DNA of 64,000 bases. Origin: Felis catus (taxonomy: Eukaryota). Positions 11,894 to 24,245 of the stretch are shown here, piece by piece (positions within the stretch are counted from its first letter, which is position 1; each line of letters opens with the position of its first letter). The notes under the pieces were generated by a model. The model ran no database searches. It was not told the DNA's origin and worked only from the letters and a program-made list of their open reading frames with translations. The stretch lies in assembly GCF_018350175.1 (NCBI RefSeq), contig NC_058368.1, positions 120,282,001-120,346,000 on the forward strand, in the 5' to 3' direction. The position numbers were made by a program, and so were the translations under genes.

Positions 11894-12811
11894 TGAGATT
11901 AATTTCTTGAATATGTGCATATTTCTGATAGAAGATGAATATTGGTGACATGTTCAAGTAAATACTGATGAAAGACAAAATCAAAATATGCTTTCCTTAC
12001 ATGAGCACAATATAAGCCATGTGTGTGATTGGCTTGTTCAGTGGGAGATGATAGTAATTTTAACATAGAAAATTGAAAGGAGACTCACTATTCATTAGAT
12101 TGGCTGTTATTTGATGGCAATAAGAGCATCTCAGAGAATATTGATACCCTTTATTGCAACTTCAGGACCACAGACCCACAAACCGAATGATTACTGTCTT
12201 CATAGTTACTTATCTAAATGAATAAAAGTGAGTTTAAGTATCTGCACGAGGAAAGATGTGCATTGTGACTTTCTGTTTCTTTGTGGGAAAATACACATGT
12301 GGTGAGAAGAGCATATATCTTATCCTTTCTGTCCTATTTTCCAATGGAGATAAAAATCCTTTCATCTTTCCATTCATTTTTCAAGCATAAATTCCTCCAA
12401 ATCACTGGATTGGCATAAAAAAGAATGTAAGCCAGTAGTGTTCCCTCTGAAGCATAGTTGGCAGGATTTTATTCCCCAGATTTTTAAACAGTGCCCCTCA
12501 ACCCAAATCACTAACATTGTGATCATAAAAGCTTCACTTACCAGGGATATGAATAAAATAGAAACCATCAAAATGTTCAGTGTTGATTTCATCTATATAA
12601 ATAAATAATAATTTAAAACATATGGCATAATATACAAGAAGATTTTCTCAATTTATTTTTCCACTTTTTAATATAATAATAGTTCTTAATTGTATTAAGA
12701 ATCTTGCATAGCATGTTAATGACTGTGGGATATTTTATTATATGTGTGTGTCGTGATTTATCTAACCAGTGTCACATTCCTGGGTGTTTACATATTTTCA
12801 AATACTTTCAC

Positions 12812-13030
12812 TTTTCTTAATGTTTATTTATTTTGAGAGATAGAGAGAGCAAGCAAGTGAGCACAAGCAGAGAAGGGGCAGAGGGAAAGGGAGAGAGAGA
12901 ATCCCTAGAGGGCTCCCTGTGCTGTCAGCCCAGAGCCAGATGTGGGACTCCATCTCAGGAACTGTGAGATTATGACTTGAGCTGAAACCAAGAGTCGGAC
13001 ACTTAACCAACTGAGCCACCCAGAGGCCCC
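12812..13030 (-). mobile_element. Can-SINE (older)
   Basis: Full body; aatactttc on both flanks; sits in degraded L1M-like sequence. Confidence 0.93.
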
Positions 13031-13249
13031 TCCAATACTTTCTTGCCATAAATTATCCTGCAATGAAACAAGGTACATTCCTTCTCCAAATCCTTCCCCC
13101 ACCCCCTACCCCCAATATCAAAGAAATCTCAAACATAATACTGTGGAAGGATACTGTGTTCAGGTCTCAATATAATGGAGTTAAAACTTATGTTTCTTTC
13201 TCATGTGTATCCAAGTATAATTACATTTTATCTTCTAATAATTTATTCT

Positions 13250-13370
13250 TATATTCATTCATTCATTCAAAACATCATCCAGTGTTTATCATGATGTAGC
13301 CACTTTTTTAGGCACCTGGGATATATCAGTGAACAAAAAGCATAGAAAAGCTCTTACTCTACTGAGGGTC
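13250..13370 (-). mobile_element. L2 3' end fragment
   Basis: (attc)n tail then ...taggcacctgggatatatcagtgaacaaaa. Confidence 0.65.
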
Positions 13371-13674
13371 TTTTCTTTTCAGAGTCTCATGCCTCTTAGA
13401 GTTTCCAGATTGGTAAATATGATATGTGATCTCTGACCTCACCCTAGTTTATATCATGCATTTGCATAGGAGAGGTTACATTATGTGATGATGGGAGGCA
13501 GGCACTAAGACAATCTTCTCAGGCAGGTTATCCAGCTGCTGGGGAGGGAGTGTAGCATCTTAAAGTTGATACACACTCAATGTTTTATAAGTACTCCATC
13601 TCAGGAATGTACCTAAATATAGTCCTTATATTCTATATGCAGTTTGCCAGTGGGAATTTGCCTTCAAATGATGG

Positions 13675-13868
13675 CTAGATGGAATGGTAAGGGTATATTT
13701 AGTTTTGTAAGAAACCACCAAATTGTCTTCCAAAGCGGTTGTACAATATTGCATCCTGACCAACCCTGAAGGGAGTTGCTGCTGCTCCATATCTTTGCCA
13801 ACATTTAGGGCCAGTGGTATTTTGGATTTTCGCCATTCTAATAGGCGTGAAGTGGCATCTTGTTGTTA
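13675..13868 (-). mobile_element. L1M ORF2 fragment
   Basis: ORF 13699..13896 contains TTRCHFTPIRMAKIQ...KCWQ, the L1 ORF2 C-terminal region. Confidence 0.85.
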
Positions 13869-14594
13869 CACTTCTAATATCATCAGAAAGGTTCAAGTCA
13901 GAGCACCTTTCCTCTATTCTTTATTCCGTTCATTTTATGCCGCTTTAGGACTTTTTCAGATTCTGTTTAGAATTTTGGTTCCAGAAAAACTTTAATAGAA
14001 TTGGTTATTTAGCCTTGCAGCTACTTAGGCAGGCAGCACACACCCAAGACTCACCTGTGTGTCTGAATGCTAAAGTCAGCAAAACCTCCCCACAGTTCAG
14101 TCAATCTGTGTCTATATACAAACTGATTGGGTAAGGGTGAAACACTGAATATATTTTGTGAATAATTCTTAACTGCCAGTTTGTGGAAAAAAATTTACTT
14201 GATTAAAACCTATATTTTATTGCCCATTGTTTGGTATATTCTTAAAAATTTCCCTTACGTCAAGAAAGATTGCTTTGTTTCATAAATCAGCTTTTATCAT
14301 TAGTAACTTTTTCTTAAAAATATTTCTCCATTATGTATTAACATAAGATTATTTAAAATGCTGCTGTATTATTATAGTGATCGTTTTTGTCAAAATTCTA
14401 TTCAACTATTAAATTAGTTGGGAGATTTTCAATTGCGTGTGACAGAAACCCAAATGAAATTGGCTTGAGAGGGCAGGGTGAGAGGGAGGAAGGAAGAGAG
14501 GGGGGAGGGGAAAGGAGGGAGATATTTTGGTTTATATAATTGAAAAGTTCAAAACTTTTAGAAAGGCTAGATCAAGGGATAAAATCAATGCCAT

Positions 14595-14769
14595 TTTTTT
14601 TTTTTTTGAGGGAGAGAACAAGCTGGGAAGAGGGGCACAGACAGAATCCCAAGCAGGCTCATTGCTCACAGTGGAGCTTCATGTGGGGCTGGATCACATA
14701 ACCCTGGGATCATGACTGGAGCCAAAATCAAGACTTGCACACTCAACCTGCTTAGCTACCCAGGCGCCC
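14595..14769 (-). mobile_element. Can-SINE (older, short)
   Basis: T16 tail, caggcgccc head; TSD tcaatgccat 14585-14594 / 14770-14779. Confidence 0.92.
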
Positions 14770-15153
14770 TCAATGCCATGTCTTAATCTCAGTTTTGCTT
14801 TCTTTTATATTGGCTTATTCTCATGGCTTATTCTCATCCCGTGACATGTTAAACTATATAGCATCATCTCCAGCTTTGCATTCTACCTGCAAAGTAACCC
14901 AGTGGAAGAGAGCTTCACTTAAATTTCCCTAAGAAGTCCTGGGATGGCATTGGCCTGCTTTGATCACATATCTTCCCCACAGCTAGTCATGGAGCCTGGG
15001 AAGGCACAGTGCTCAGGTAGGCCACCCCTGGGTCATTTTCCTCTTCTAGGAGTAGGAGATAGAGTCAGCTGGAACTGAACCACATGGATCCAGAGTGGAG
15101 AAGTAGTAATCCTCAAAACTATAATGTGGGTGCTCTTACTGTAAGAAAACTGA

Positions 15154-15383
15154 GGGGCGCCTGGGTGGCGCAGTCGGTTAAGCGTCCGACTTCAGCCAGG
15201 TCACGATCTCGCGGTCCGTGAGTTCGAGCCCCGCGTCGGGCTCTGGGCTGATGGCTCAGAGCCTGGAGCCTGTTTCCGATTCTGTGTCTCCCTCTCTCTC
15301 TCTGCCCCTCGCCCGTTCATGCTCTGTCTCCCTCTGTCCCAAAAATAAATAAACGTTGAAAAAAAAAAAAGAAAAAAAAAAAA
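15154..15383 (+). mobile_element. Very young feline SINEC
   Basis: CpG-rich body, long nearly pure A tail; TSD aagaaaactga 15143-15153 / 15384-15394. Confidence 0.98.
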
Positions 15384-15486
15384 AAGAAAACTGAATGGAT
15401 GTTGGATTAGCACAATACATAGGTTGGCTGTTGTACACATTCTTACATTTTTCTCTCTACCTTTATGTAACAAAGAAAAAATGTGT

Positions 15487-15701
15487 TTTTAAAATTTTTT
15501 TAATGTTTATTTTTTGAGAGAGAGAGAGACAGAGCATGAATGGGGGAGGAGTAGAGAGAGAGGGAAACACAGAATCTGAAGCAGGCTCCAAGCTCTGAGC
15601 TGTCAGCACAGAGCCCGATGCAGGGCTCAAACTCACCAGCCATGAGATCATGACCTGAACCAAAGTCGAACACTTAACCAACTGAGCCACACAGGTGTCC
15701 C
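15487..15701 (-). mobile_element. Can-SINE (feline SINEC)
   Basis: Full body ending ctgagccacacaggtgtccc. Confidence 0.95.
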
Positions 15702-16894
15702 GTATAGTGTTTAGATACGATAATTGTAGGGAGGTTAGAAATCTTATCATTTCCTGATATGATCCCAAACCAGATGCTTATAATATATATACTTAGTTTT
15801 CCATTACCCTAAAACCTAGGAAGAAACTTAAAGCAAGAATCTTATATTCATAATTCAAATTCAAATACCATTGTAAACTAATTTAAAAGGAAATATTCAA
15901 GGTTTTATGATGTATGACAAATCCCCTTAGATAATAAATGCATAGCGAGTTACTACATATAATCGATCATTAATTCTGAGTCTTTTGAAAAGGGGTCAGT
16001 TTGGTAACATTTCTCATGGAGATTAATATGACATTTTCCTGATATAAGACCAACTAAACTCCCCCAAAACCATGTGTTTCTATAGCAGGTGACAGGAGGT
16101 CGTAAGGTTTGAGACATTAAAACATATTTATTTAATGTGTAACATGGAGAAGGCCAGAAATGACAACTGGCAGGAAGATTTTTGTATCCTGTTCACCTAA
16201 GAAGAATGTAGCCTGTGATAGATTTTCCTCCTTTTCACTTTGATGTTACTGTTAGGCCACAGACTACATGGGGAGCTCAGCTCTGGCCCAAAACTCTGCT
16301 GCATAACATGGACACATGGGCAGTGGGGGTGACTCAAGATCACAGAACACAGATATTAATAAGTAATAAAAGATAAAGTTAGATCAAGGCCCCTCACAGA
16401 GCTGGAGTTCAACTGATTTAACCAGGCAGAGAAGAATGTATTTTTAGTTTCAGAGCTAATTCATATATTTTTTAACAACAGCTGTAGTATAGAGACATGA
16501 CTGTGAATCAAAGTGGCTTCTGATACAAAGAACAGCATGAATAACCCAACTGACCAGGGTTATACAGAGAAGAATTAAACTGTCATGTTAGAAGATAAAT
16601 AAGGAAGATCTGTACCAATCTCCATGTGCTGCAAAAGAGAGACACTTTTTTTCCCCAACTCCCAAGAATTAATACTTAAACTTCGTTTTTTCTAAGTTGA
16701 AGTTCAAACAAGAAATGCATCTTTCATGGTCATGTTCTTTAGGAAATCATAACAATGTCTCTTCAAGTTTGAAAAACATAAAAGGTAGGCAGTTATGCTG
16801 TTATTTTCAAAATTTTTAGTACAACTAAACTACTTTTATGATAAAATATAACCAGAACCCCTGCATATGGATCAAACAGTAAGTTCTTTGAGTG

Positions 16895-17090
16895 GAGCTA
16901 TCACTGGATTTAGAGCCAGAATATTTGGATTTGAATCTACATTGTGGCTCCTGATAGCTGAGTAAATTGGGGCAGGCCACCTATCTTTCACAACATTCAT
17001 TTCTTCTGTACTATGTGGTAATCTTCGTGTTCCTACCTACTAAAAGGTAGGTACATTGAAAAACAGATGAGGTAATGTAGCAGACAGCAC
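16895..17090 (+). mobile_element. MIR
   Basis: cactggatttagagccagaa...ggatttgaatct...tagctgagtaaattggggcagg...atgaggtaatgta. Confidence 0.6.
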
Positions 17091-17314
17091 CCAAAAAATG
17101 TCTACTATAGACTTCTAGGAAGCTATTAAGTCTTAGAGTACTTATCCAAAATTAATTAAAATATTGGAAGGTCCCATTTAATTCTCCAAAGCTGATTTTG
17201 ATCATGGAAGAAATGTCTCAAATGTCTGGATGAAAGTAAGTGATAAAGAGATTGGCCAACTAGGCAAAAGAAGATATTAAAGCCTTTTCTGATATGGATT
17301 AAAAAGACAGTTTT

Positions 17315-17510
17315 GGGGCTCCTGGGTGGCCGAGTCAGATAAACATCTGACTCTTGATTTTGGCTCAGGTCATAATCTCAAAGTTCATGGGTTCAAGCTC
17401 CACATAGGGTTCTGCACTTACAGCACAGAGCCTGCTTGGGATTCTCTCTCTGTCTCTGTCTCTCTCTCTCTCTCCCTCCCCCCCCCCTTCAAAATAAAGA
17501 AATATTTGAA
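17315..17510 (+). mobile_element. Can-SINE (older)
   Basis: ggggctcctgggtggc...gactcttgattttggctcaggtcat...(CT)n, aaaataaa. Confidence 0.92.
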
Positions 17511-17932
17511 ACATACTTCTAAATGGTTGGGATTTTATATTTTCATTCAGATGTTTGGGGTATTGTAGAAAAAATGGTGTGTGTGTGTGTGTGTGTGTCT
17601 GTGTATAGAGAAAGATTATAAACTGTTGGTATTGTAAGGGAAAACAAAACATGCTTGAAAATCCTACATATTCTAATTAATAGGCCCACAAAGATTACCT
17701 AAGACTTTATCAATTACACGTGACAAAAGCCCAACTCATACTTCTTTATGCAAAAAAAAAAAAAAAAAAAAAAAACACCAATAAAGACATGAGGTGAGTA
17801 AACTAACAGATGTTCTAAAAGGGAAATTAAGGTGGTAATTCTGGCTTCAGGCAATGTAGGATTATGGAGGTTGAAATGATGCTATCAGTCTCCCCTTCAC
17901 TTCCTCTCTTCTCCCCTTTAGGTTATTCTCTT

Positions 17933-19328
17933 ATTTTTTTCCTTCAAATTTTTATTTAAATTCCAGTTAGTTATCATGCAGTGTAATAATATTAGTTTCA
18001 GGTAAGAATTTAGTGATTTATCCCTTAGGACACCTACTGCTCATCAAGTGCCTCCTTAATCCCCATCGCCTATTTAACCCTTCCTCCACCCACCTCCCCT
18101 CCAGTAACCTTCAGTTTGTTCTCTATAGTTGAGTCTTTTTCCTGGTTTGTCTTTCTTTTTTTTTTTTTTTCTCCCACATGACTGAAGTCATATGGTATTT
18201 TTCTTTCTTCGACCTATTTCACTTGGCATCTAGCTCCATCCACATCATTGCACATGGCAAGATTTCATTCTTTTTGATGACTGAGTAATACTCCTTGTGT
18301 GTGTGGGTGGGGGGAGAGAGGGAGATAGAAAGAGAGAAAGAGTGTGTGTGTGTGTGCGTGTGTGTGTGTGTATTTAGGTATATATGTAATATCTTCTATT
18401 TCCATTCATCAGTCACTGGACATTGGGACTCTTTCCATATTCCATAATTTGGCTATTGCTGATAATACTGCTATAAACATTGATGTGCATGTTTCCCTTT
18501 GAATCTGTATTTTTGTATCTTTTGGGTAAAAACCTAGTAGTGCTGGTGCTGGATCATAGGGTAGTTCTATTTTTAACTTTTTGAGGAAACTCTACACTAT
18601 TTGCCAGAATGGCCTCACCAGTTTGCATTCCCACCAACAGTGTAAGACAGTTCCCCTTTCTCCACATTCTCACCAACAACCTTTGTTTCCTGTGTTGTTA
18701 ATTTTAGCTATTCTGACATGTGTGAAGTGAAATCTCATCATAGTTTTAATTTGTATTTCCCTAACGGGAAGTTATATTGAGCCTCTTTTCATGGGTCTGT
18801 TAGCCATCTCGATGTCTTTGGAAAAGTGTCTATTCGTGTCTTCTGCCCATTTTGTAACTGTATTTTTTGAGAGGTTGAGTTTGATCAATTCTTTATATAT
18901 TTTAGATACTAACCCTTTATCAGATATGTCTTTTGCATATATCTTCTGCTGTAGGTTGCCTTTTAGTTTTCTTGATTGTTTGCTTTGCAGAGCTTTTTAT
19001 TTTGAGTAAGTCCCAATAGTTTATTTTTGCTTTTGTTTTCCTTGCCTGAGGAGACATATGTAGTAAGAATTTGCTTGACTGTTGTCAGAGACGTTACTGC
19101 CTATGTAGTCCTCTAGGATTTTGATGGTTTCCTGTCTCACAGTTAGGTTTTTTATCCATTTTGAATTTATTTCTGTGTATGGTGTAAGAAAGTGGTCTAG
19201 TTTCATTCTTTTGCATGTGTCCAGTTTTCCCAACTCCATTTGTTAATGAGACTGTCTTTTTTACGTTGGATATTCTTTCCTGCTCTGCTGAAGATCACTT
19301 GACTATATAGTTGTAGGTTCATTTCTGC
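17933..19328 (-). mobile_element. Carnivore L1, 5'-truncated (~1.4 kb)
   Basis: ORF 19021..19239 ([35 protein letters not shown]) is L1 ORF2; 3'UTR at left; TSD ttattctctt 17923-17932 / 19329-19338. Confidence 0.95.
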
Positions 19329-19465
19329 TTATTCTCTTCTTTACATCTCTCCTCACCATTGCAGAGGCATTGGAATCTGCTTCAGATTTATTTTCTTAGA
19401 TGTCATCATCCCCGAGTCCCTCATCTACTCAGTGAATGCATCAGATGTTTTAGAAGGAGCACAGA

Positions 19466-19711
19466 GGGGCACCTGGGTGGCTTTGTTGGTGAAGCCTCTG
19501 ACTCTTGATTTCAGCTCAGGTCATGATCTCATGGTTTTTGAGATTGAGCCCCTGCTTGGGATTCATTCTCTCTCACCTTCCCTTCTGTCTCTTCCTCTCC
19601 CTCTCCCTCTCTCTCTTTGTCTCTCTCCTCCCCCACTAAATGTTTGCTCTCTGTCTCTGTCTCCCTCTCAAAATAAATAAATAAACATTAAAATACTAAA
19701 TAATAAAATAA
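19466..19711 (+). mobile_element. Can-SINE (older) with an internal deletion
   Basis: ggggcacctgggtggc head; gagcccctgcttggg lacks the central segment seen in other copies; aaggagcac on both flanks. Confidence 0.92.
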
Positions 19712-20714
19712 AAGGAGCACTTATTGATCCTGCTTGGAGCACTTAATCTTTTTTGCTAACTGTTTTGGATTGGGTGCTATAATTGACCAGTCTGAGTTAG
19801 AAGCCCATCCCTCTGGGAAGTATAACCTTGGATTGATAGCCTTATCAGTAGTACATAGAATGGAGAAGGGTGATGTCTGAAAGGAAGGGACACAGACACC
19901 ATTAAAAAATATAATAAGAGTGCTTGGATGTTCACTATAGTCTTTAACAGATATATTTTTGTAGCCATAAATATTTAGAAAGAGAAAACATCTCTTCACT
20001 GAAGATATAATAAATTTGCATTCCTTAGTCAGGTTGGCCACTTGAACTGTAATATTCCAGTTTGGACGTCAGAGTATACTTGACAGAAGTCCATGAATGA
20101 TGAGATGCGGGCTTCTGCTGGGACTTTGTAAGGAGGTCAAAGCTGAAACAAACTTACGGTTTTGTAGTTAGGGAAATAAAACAATCCCTTTGGCCCAGGA
20201 AGGGATTCATGGAGAGAGCTGAAGTATTGACTCCTTTTGCATTATGTAGCAGAGCTCTGACCCTGCCCTGAATAGCAGGACTTTGCACACCAGGAACACA
20301 GTGGAAGTCCCCATAATATACAGAGCCTGTGGGGAGAGATCAGCACAGTGTGAAGTAGCCTTTAAAATAGCTTAAAAACGGGCAAACAAATGTGTTCAGA
20401 TATTAAGAGCAATATCCTGGAAAAGTCAAATGCATTTGGAGAGTATGAAGAAATACTCTTAAGATTTATTGGTAACAAGAAACAAAATGTGACTCCAGAT
20501 ATCTTAATCAAAAAGCCAACTTACTAGAACATCGAAGCCTATGGTTAAGTAATGCAAATGAAGACAAAGAAAAATTTAAAACCCATTAGCCCATGGATCT
20601 AGGTAGCAGAAAGAGATAAACCATTTCATCAGGAAACTGGTGCTGGGGCGGATCACCTCTAATGAGCGTTTTTATTCTTGAGCTCATATATGCCAAGAAA
20701 TGGCAGAACCCAAT

Positions 20715-20900
20715 GCTGGAGAGTGCTCTCACAACAGACAGATCAGAATTTGAATTCCGTGTCCCCATTAACTGCTAGCTCCTTGGAATTTTTGTTTCAT
20801 TTGTAAGATTGGGATAATAATAGCATCTAGTTTACGAAGTTGTTACAGGGAGACCCCTTAGGACTTACTGATGTCAGTGCACACTCACAAATATTAAATA
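20715..20900 (+). mobile_element. MIR fragment
   Basis: tttcatttgtaagattgggataataatagcatct core. Confidence 0.55.
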
Positions 20901-21310
20901 GTGTCATGATATGTAAAATTTAGAGTCCTGGAAGGTAAAGGGCAGGTGGTCAAACACAACATCCTGAATCATGAAGCTATCAAGACCACACCAAAAGATA
21001 AGGAAAATTTTTCCCAAAAGAATAAGAGTAAATCAGAGCAGAAAGGATGATGGAAACTGGGAGTCAAAGCCCATCAGTGTTCACTGGAGTAACCAGACCA
21101 GGGAATATACAACTTAGAATTCCCTGTTAGAATTCTTCATGTGTTTTATCAGATGTACACAGCATATGTGCAGTGACTGGGTTTCATAAAAGCAATACTG
21201 AAAGTTTGGTGACATGATAATATGGGTATATTGATATGAAAGATGTCACCCTGGTCTTCACATCTACACAAGGTACCAATGTATAATTGGTACAATTGAA
21301 TGTATAATTA

Positions 21311-21698
21311 TGGACTGCAGAACAAATCCAGCCTGTGACTAGTTTTTGTATGGCCTCTAATCTAAGAACGTTTTCTACATTTTTAAAGAGTTGCGAGAGA
21401 GAAAGAGAGAAAGAGAGAGAGGGTTGAATGTCCGACTCTTGATTTCGGATCAGGTCATGATCTCACAGTTCATGGGATTGAGCCCTGTGATGGGCTCTGT
21501 GCTGACAGCCCGGAGCCTTCTTGGGATTCTCTCTCTCCCTCTTTCTCTCTCTGCAACCTCCCCTCTCCTGCTCATGTACTTTCTGTCTCAAAAAAAACAA
21601 ACTTAAAAAAATTGTAAAAAGGCAATGGAAGAAAAATCTTGTGTGGCCTGAAAGCTTAAAATGTTTAGCCGTTTACAAAGGAAGTTTGCCAACTCCTA
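21311..21698 (+). mobile_element. MER58-like hAT-Charlie element interrupted by a SINE
   Basis: caaatccagcc...gtttttgtatggcc...ctaagaacgttttctacatttttaaa; right end tgtggcctgaaagcttaaaatgttta...gtttgccaactcct. Confidence 0.75.
21421..21610 (+). mobile_element. Can-SINE lacking the 5' head
   Basis: Starts at ggttgaatgtccgactcttgatttcgg after a (GA)n tract; (CT)n and A tail. Confidence 0.88.
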
Positions 21699-21719
21699 TA
21701 GTACAGCATGTTTCTAGAC

Positions 21720-21905
21720 CATGAGTCTGAATTCAGACAGAAATGGGTGTAGAGTTCCTCTCTGCCACTCTTTGTCCCTGAGACTCAGTTTTCTTATTCT
21801 TAGCATAAAGTGATAATAACTGTAATGACAGATGTGAAAGCAAAATGGCATGTGAGGCAAAGCACTCAGAGTGGCTACTCATAAGAGCAGAGTAAATAGT
21901 AGCTA
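21720..21905 (+). mobile_element. MIR
   Basis: tctgaattcagacagaaatgggt...tctgccact...ctgagactcagttttctt...agtaaatagtagctatt. Confidence 0.6.
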
Positions 21906-23484
21906 TTTTTTCTTGTGTTATCTTTTGATCCAGTGAGGTCTATTATACTTTCTCTGCTTACATAGAAAAGCTGGAACACAAGAAAAACAATTCATTTTCA
22001 GACCAGTATGTGAACCAAATCTCTTAACTATCCCATGATTTGTCCTGTAGTCCACAGCTAGATTGAAGATCTGACACACACACACGCACACACACACATG
22101 CACACACGTGTTAGGGGACATCGTGGCCAATGTCATATGTAGATGCTGGAGTGGAAGAAGGAAAGGAGAGAAATCACTTAGCTCTCGGTTTCCTGGGGAA
22201 AGGGAAATCCAGCTAGAATAGAATATCCATGATAAACAGGGAGACTGTGAGAGTGAGTTATTTGCCAGACCATCCTCTGACTGTGGCCTTTCAGCCAGCA
22301 AATGATCCTCACATGGCTTCAAAGCATTAATGTCAGGGGCAGGAGAGGGAAAGAGATTAAGAAGGAAAATGTGCTCTTTAGTTGCAACACTGGACCTGTC
22401 CTTCTGGAAAAGGAAGTACAATAAAGTGGCTGAAAATGTGTGCCTTTCTGGGCCCCCAGAAAGGTAGGATTAAGAGTGCTCTGTCTCTTAAGGCATGATG
22501 ACAGTTGACCCTTGGCTGCAGATTTAGGTAACTGCCAGAGAGCTTGTGAGCACCACCAGCAGGGCCCAGAATGCTTTGTGGATTTGGATTTTCCTGACCT
22601 GTATCTTCTCACAGCCGATAAAACTTGTCCTGGACAAAAAGTACCCATTTGTACAAACCTTTTCTGATGCATGTGAGAAAGCAAATGGTATTTGTACAGT
22701 AGCACAAGCGAGCTTTTGTTAACTCATTCAACCTCCATTACACCTATTAAAGATGTGGCCTTGTTCATTCCCTGGTCTCTGGTTCCCCTCCACACAGAAA
22801 AATTCAGAAAGCATTCTAGGCTAAATTGCTTTGTGTCTAAATTTTACTTGTTCACTGCCGATGTCTTGACTTTTTTTTTTGTCTGACAAGTTATTGAATG
22901 AAAACACATAAATAGGCAGTTGGTTCTTCAGGGTTTACAAAGTTTGGTAAATGCTTATTTTAGTTTCTGGCAGTTATGAGTAATAAAGGAGCATCCTAAA
23001 GTAAGTTTTGTGTAAAACTTGCTTTGGTTTTGCTTACACAAAATCCCTAGGAACCAGGAATTGAAATATGTTTCTGTATCTGAACTTTTTTTCCCTTTTA
23101 TCACTGAGCACATTTATTTACACTTTTAGTCTAAGGCTGTTCTGGACTGTTAGGTTTCTACTTTGATTTATTTTGGTTTTCATTTCACAGTGGGAGGAAA
23201 AATGAGCTATTAAGCACTTGGCTTTGGACAAAAGATCTCCCATGATAACTGTGAATGACATGCCTTTCCAAAGCAGACTTGAGAAAGAAAGTTGAGCAGA
23301 TTAGGGGTTAGCTACATTGTGGTTCAGACAGCACCCTTTTAAGATATCTTGGAGCCTTGGAGTTTTGGAGATAGGGAGTAAAGAGAAGGAGTTGTTCTTC
23401 CCCTGTTGTCCATTCTGTCTAAATCAAGAAACATATGTCAATCAGTGTCATGCACCCCTCTGAGGGCTTGGCATGTATTATCTC

Positions 23485-24245
23485 ATTTGATCATTCAGTC
23501 ATTCATTTGACAAGTATTTCAGGAAGGCCTGCTCTGTGTCAGGTGCTATTCTAAAGGCTAAGGCACAGCAGTAAACAAAAATACAAATAGGCCTGTCCTT
23601 GTGGAGCTCATTGAAGGGCATGGATAATAAATAAGAGAAGAAAGTAAACTACCGCATTTGTTAAATAGTGACAAGACTTTAGGAGAAAACCCAAGCAAGG
23701 AAGTTAAATATGAACTGCTGGGGGATGAGGAGGTGGATATTTTAGAAGACTAGTTAAGGAAATCTTCTCAAACAAGGTGTTTTTTGAGTAAAAACCTGAA
23801 AGTGAGAGGGAAACCATGTAGATAGTGTAGGGAAGGGTGTTCAAGGCAAAGGAAATACCAGATATTCCCAGTGCATGGGAATAGCTTGGGAGCCAGAGTA
23901 GCTGGAGAGGGAAAATGAATAGAAAAGTAGTGGAGGATGAAATGACAGCGGCAAGGAGAGGGCGGAGGGCCACGATGTTGGCCTTGACAGGTCATAACAA
24001 GACATTTAATTTTTCCTGTGAGTAAGATAATAACCCCCTGAAGGGCTTCCAAGGGACGACAGAATAGATAGTATACAAGAGCAGAGGCAAGAATAATAGA
24101 CAGATATTGCAATAATCCAGATGATAGGTGATCATGGCCTGAACCCGCATGGAGGTGATACAGGTGATAAAAGTGGCTAATTTCTGAATATTTTGAATTA
24201 TGCATATGTTTGGAAGGTAGAGCAGCCAAGATGTGCTGACTGGCC
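23485..24245 (-). mobile_element. L2 LINE (L2a-like) 3' portion
   Basis: cattcagtcattcatttgacaagtattt...tgtgtcaggtgctattctaa...aggtgtttttgagtaaaaacctgaa...ttggaaggtagagc. Confidence 0.85.

Larger units (their letters stand above)
14413..15437 (-). mobile_element. MaLR LTR (MLT1K/L-like) interrupted by two SINEs
   Basis: attgcgtgtgacagaaacccaaatgaaattggcttga at left end; ggccacccctgggtca and aaccacatggat...gtgggtgctcttact internal segments. Confidence 0.7.
17695..19830 (-). mobile_element. MaLR LTR (MLT1-like) split by an L1 and a SINE
   Basis: gtgacaaaagcccaactcatact...tctggcttcaggca left of the L1; aattgaccagtctgagttagaagcccatccct on the right. Confidence 0.55.

Noticed and set aside
14811..14836. 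13-bp tandem duplication tggcttattctca x2
   Set aside because: Ordinary slippage inside an old LTR.
21918..22705. Longest ORFs (167 aa and 128 aa, minus strand)
   Set aside because: No recognisable domain; one runs through a (CA)n tract (CVCVCV); lengths are compatible with chance.
23191..23250. Strong acceptor ttttcatttcacag
   Set aside because: No good donor nearby and no supporting reading frame.
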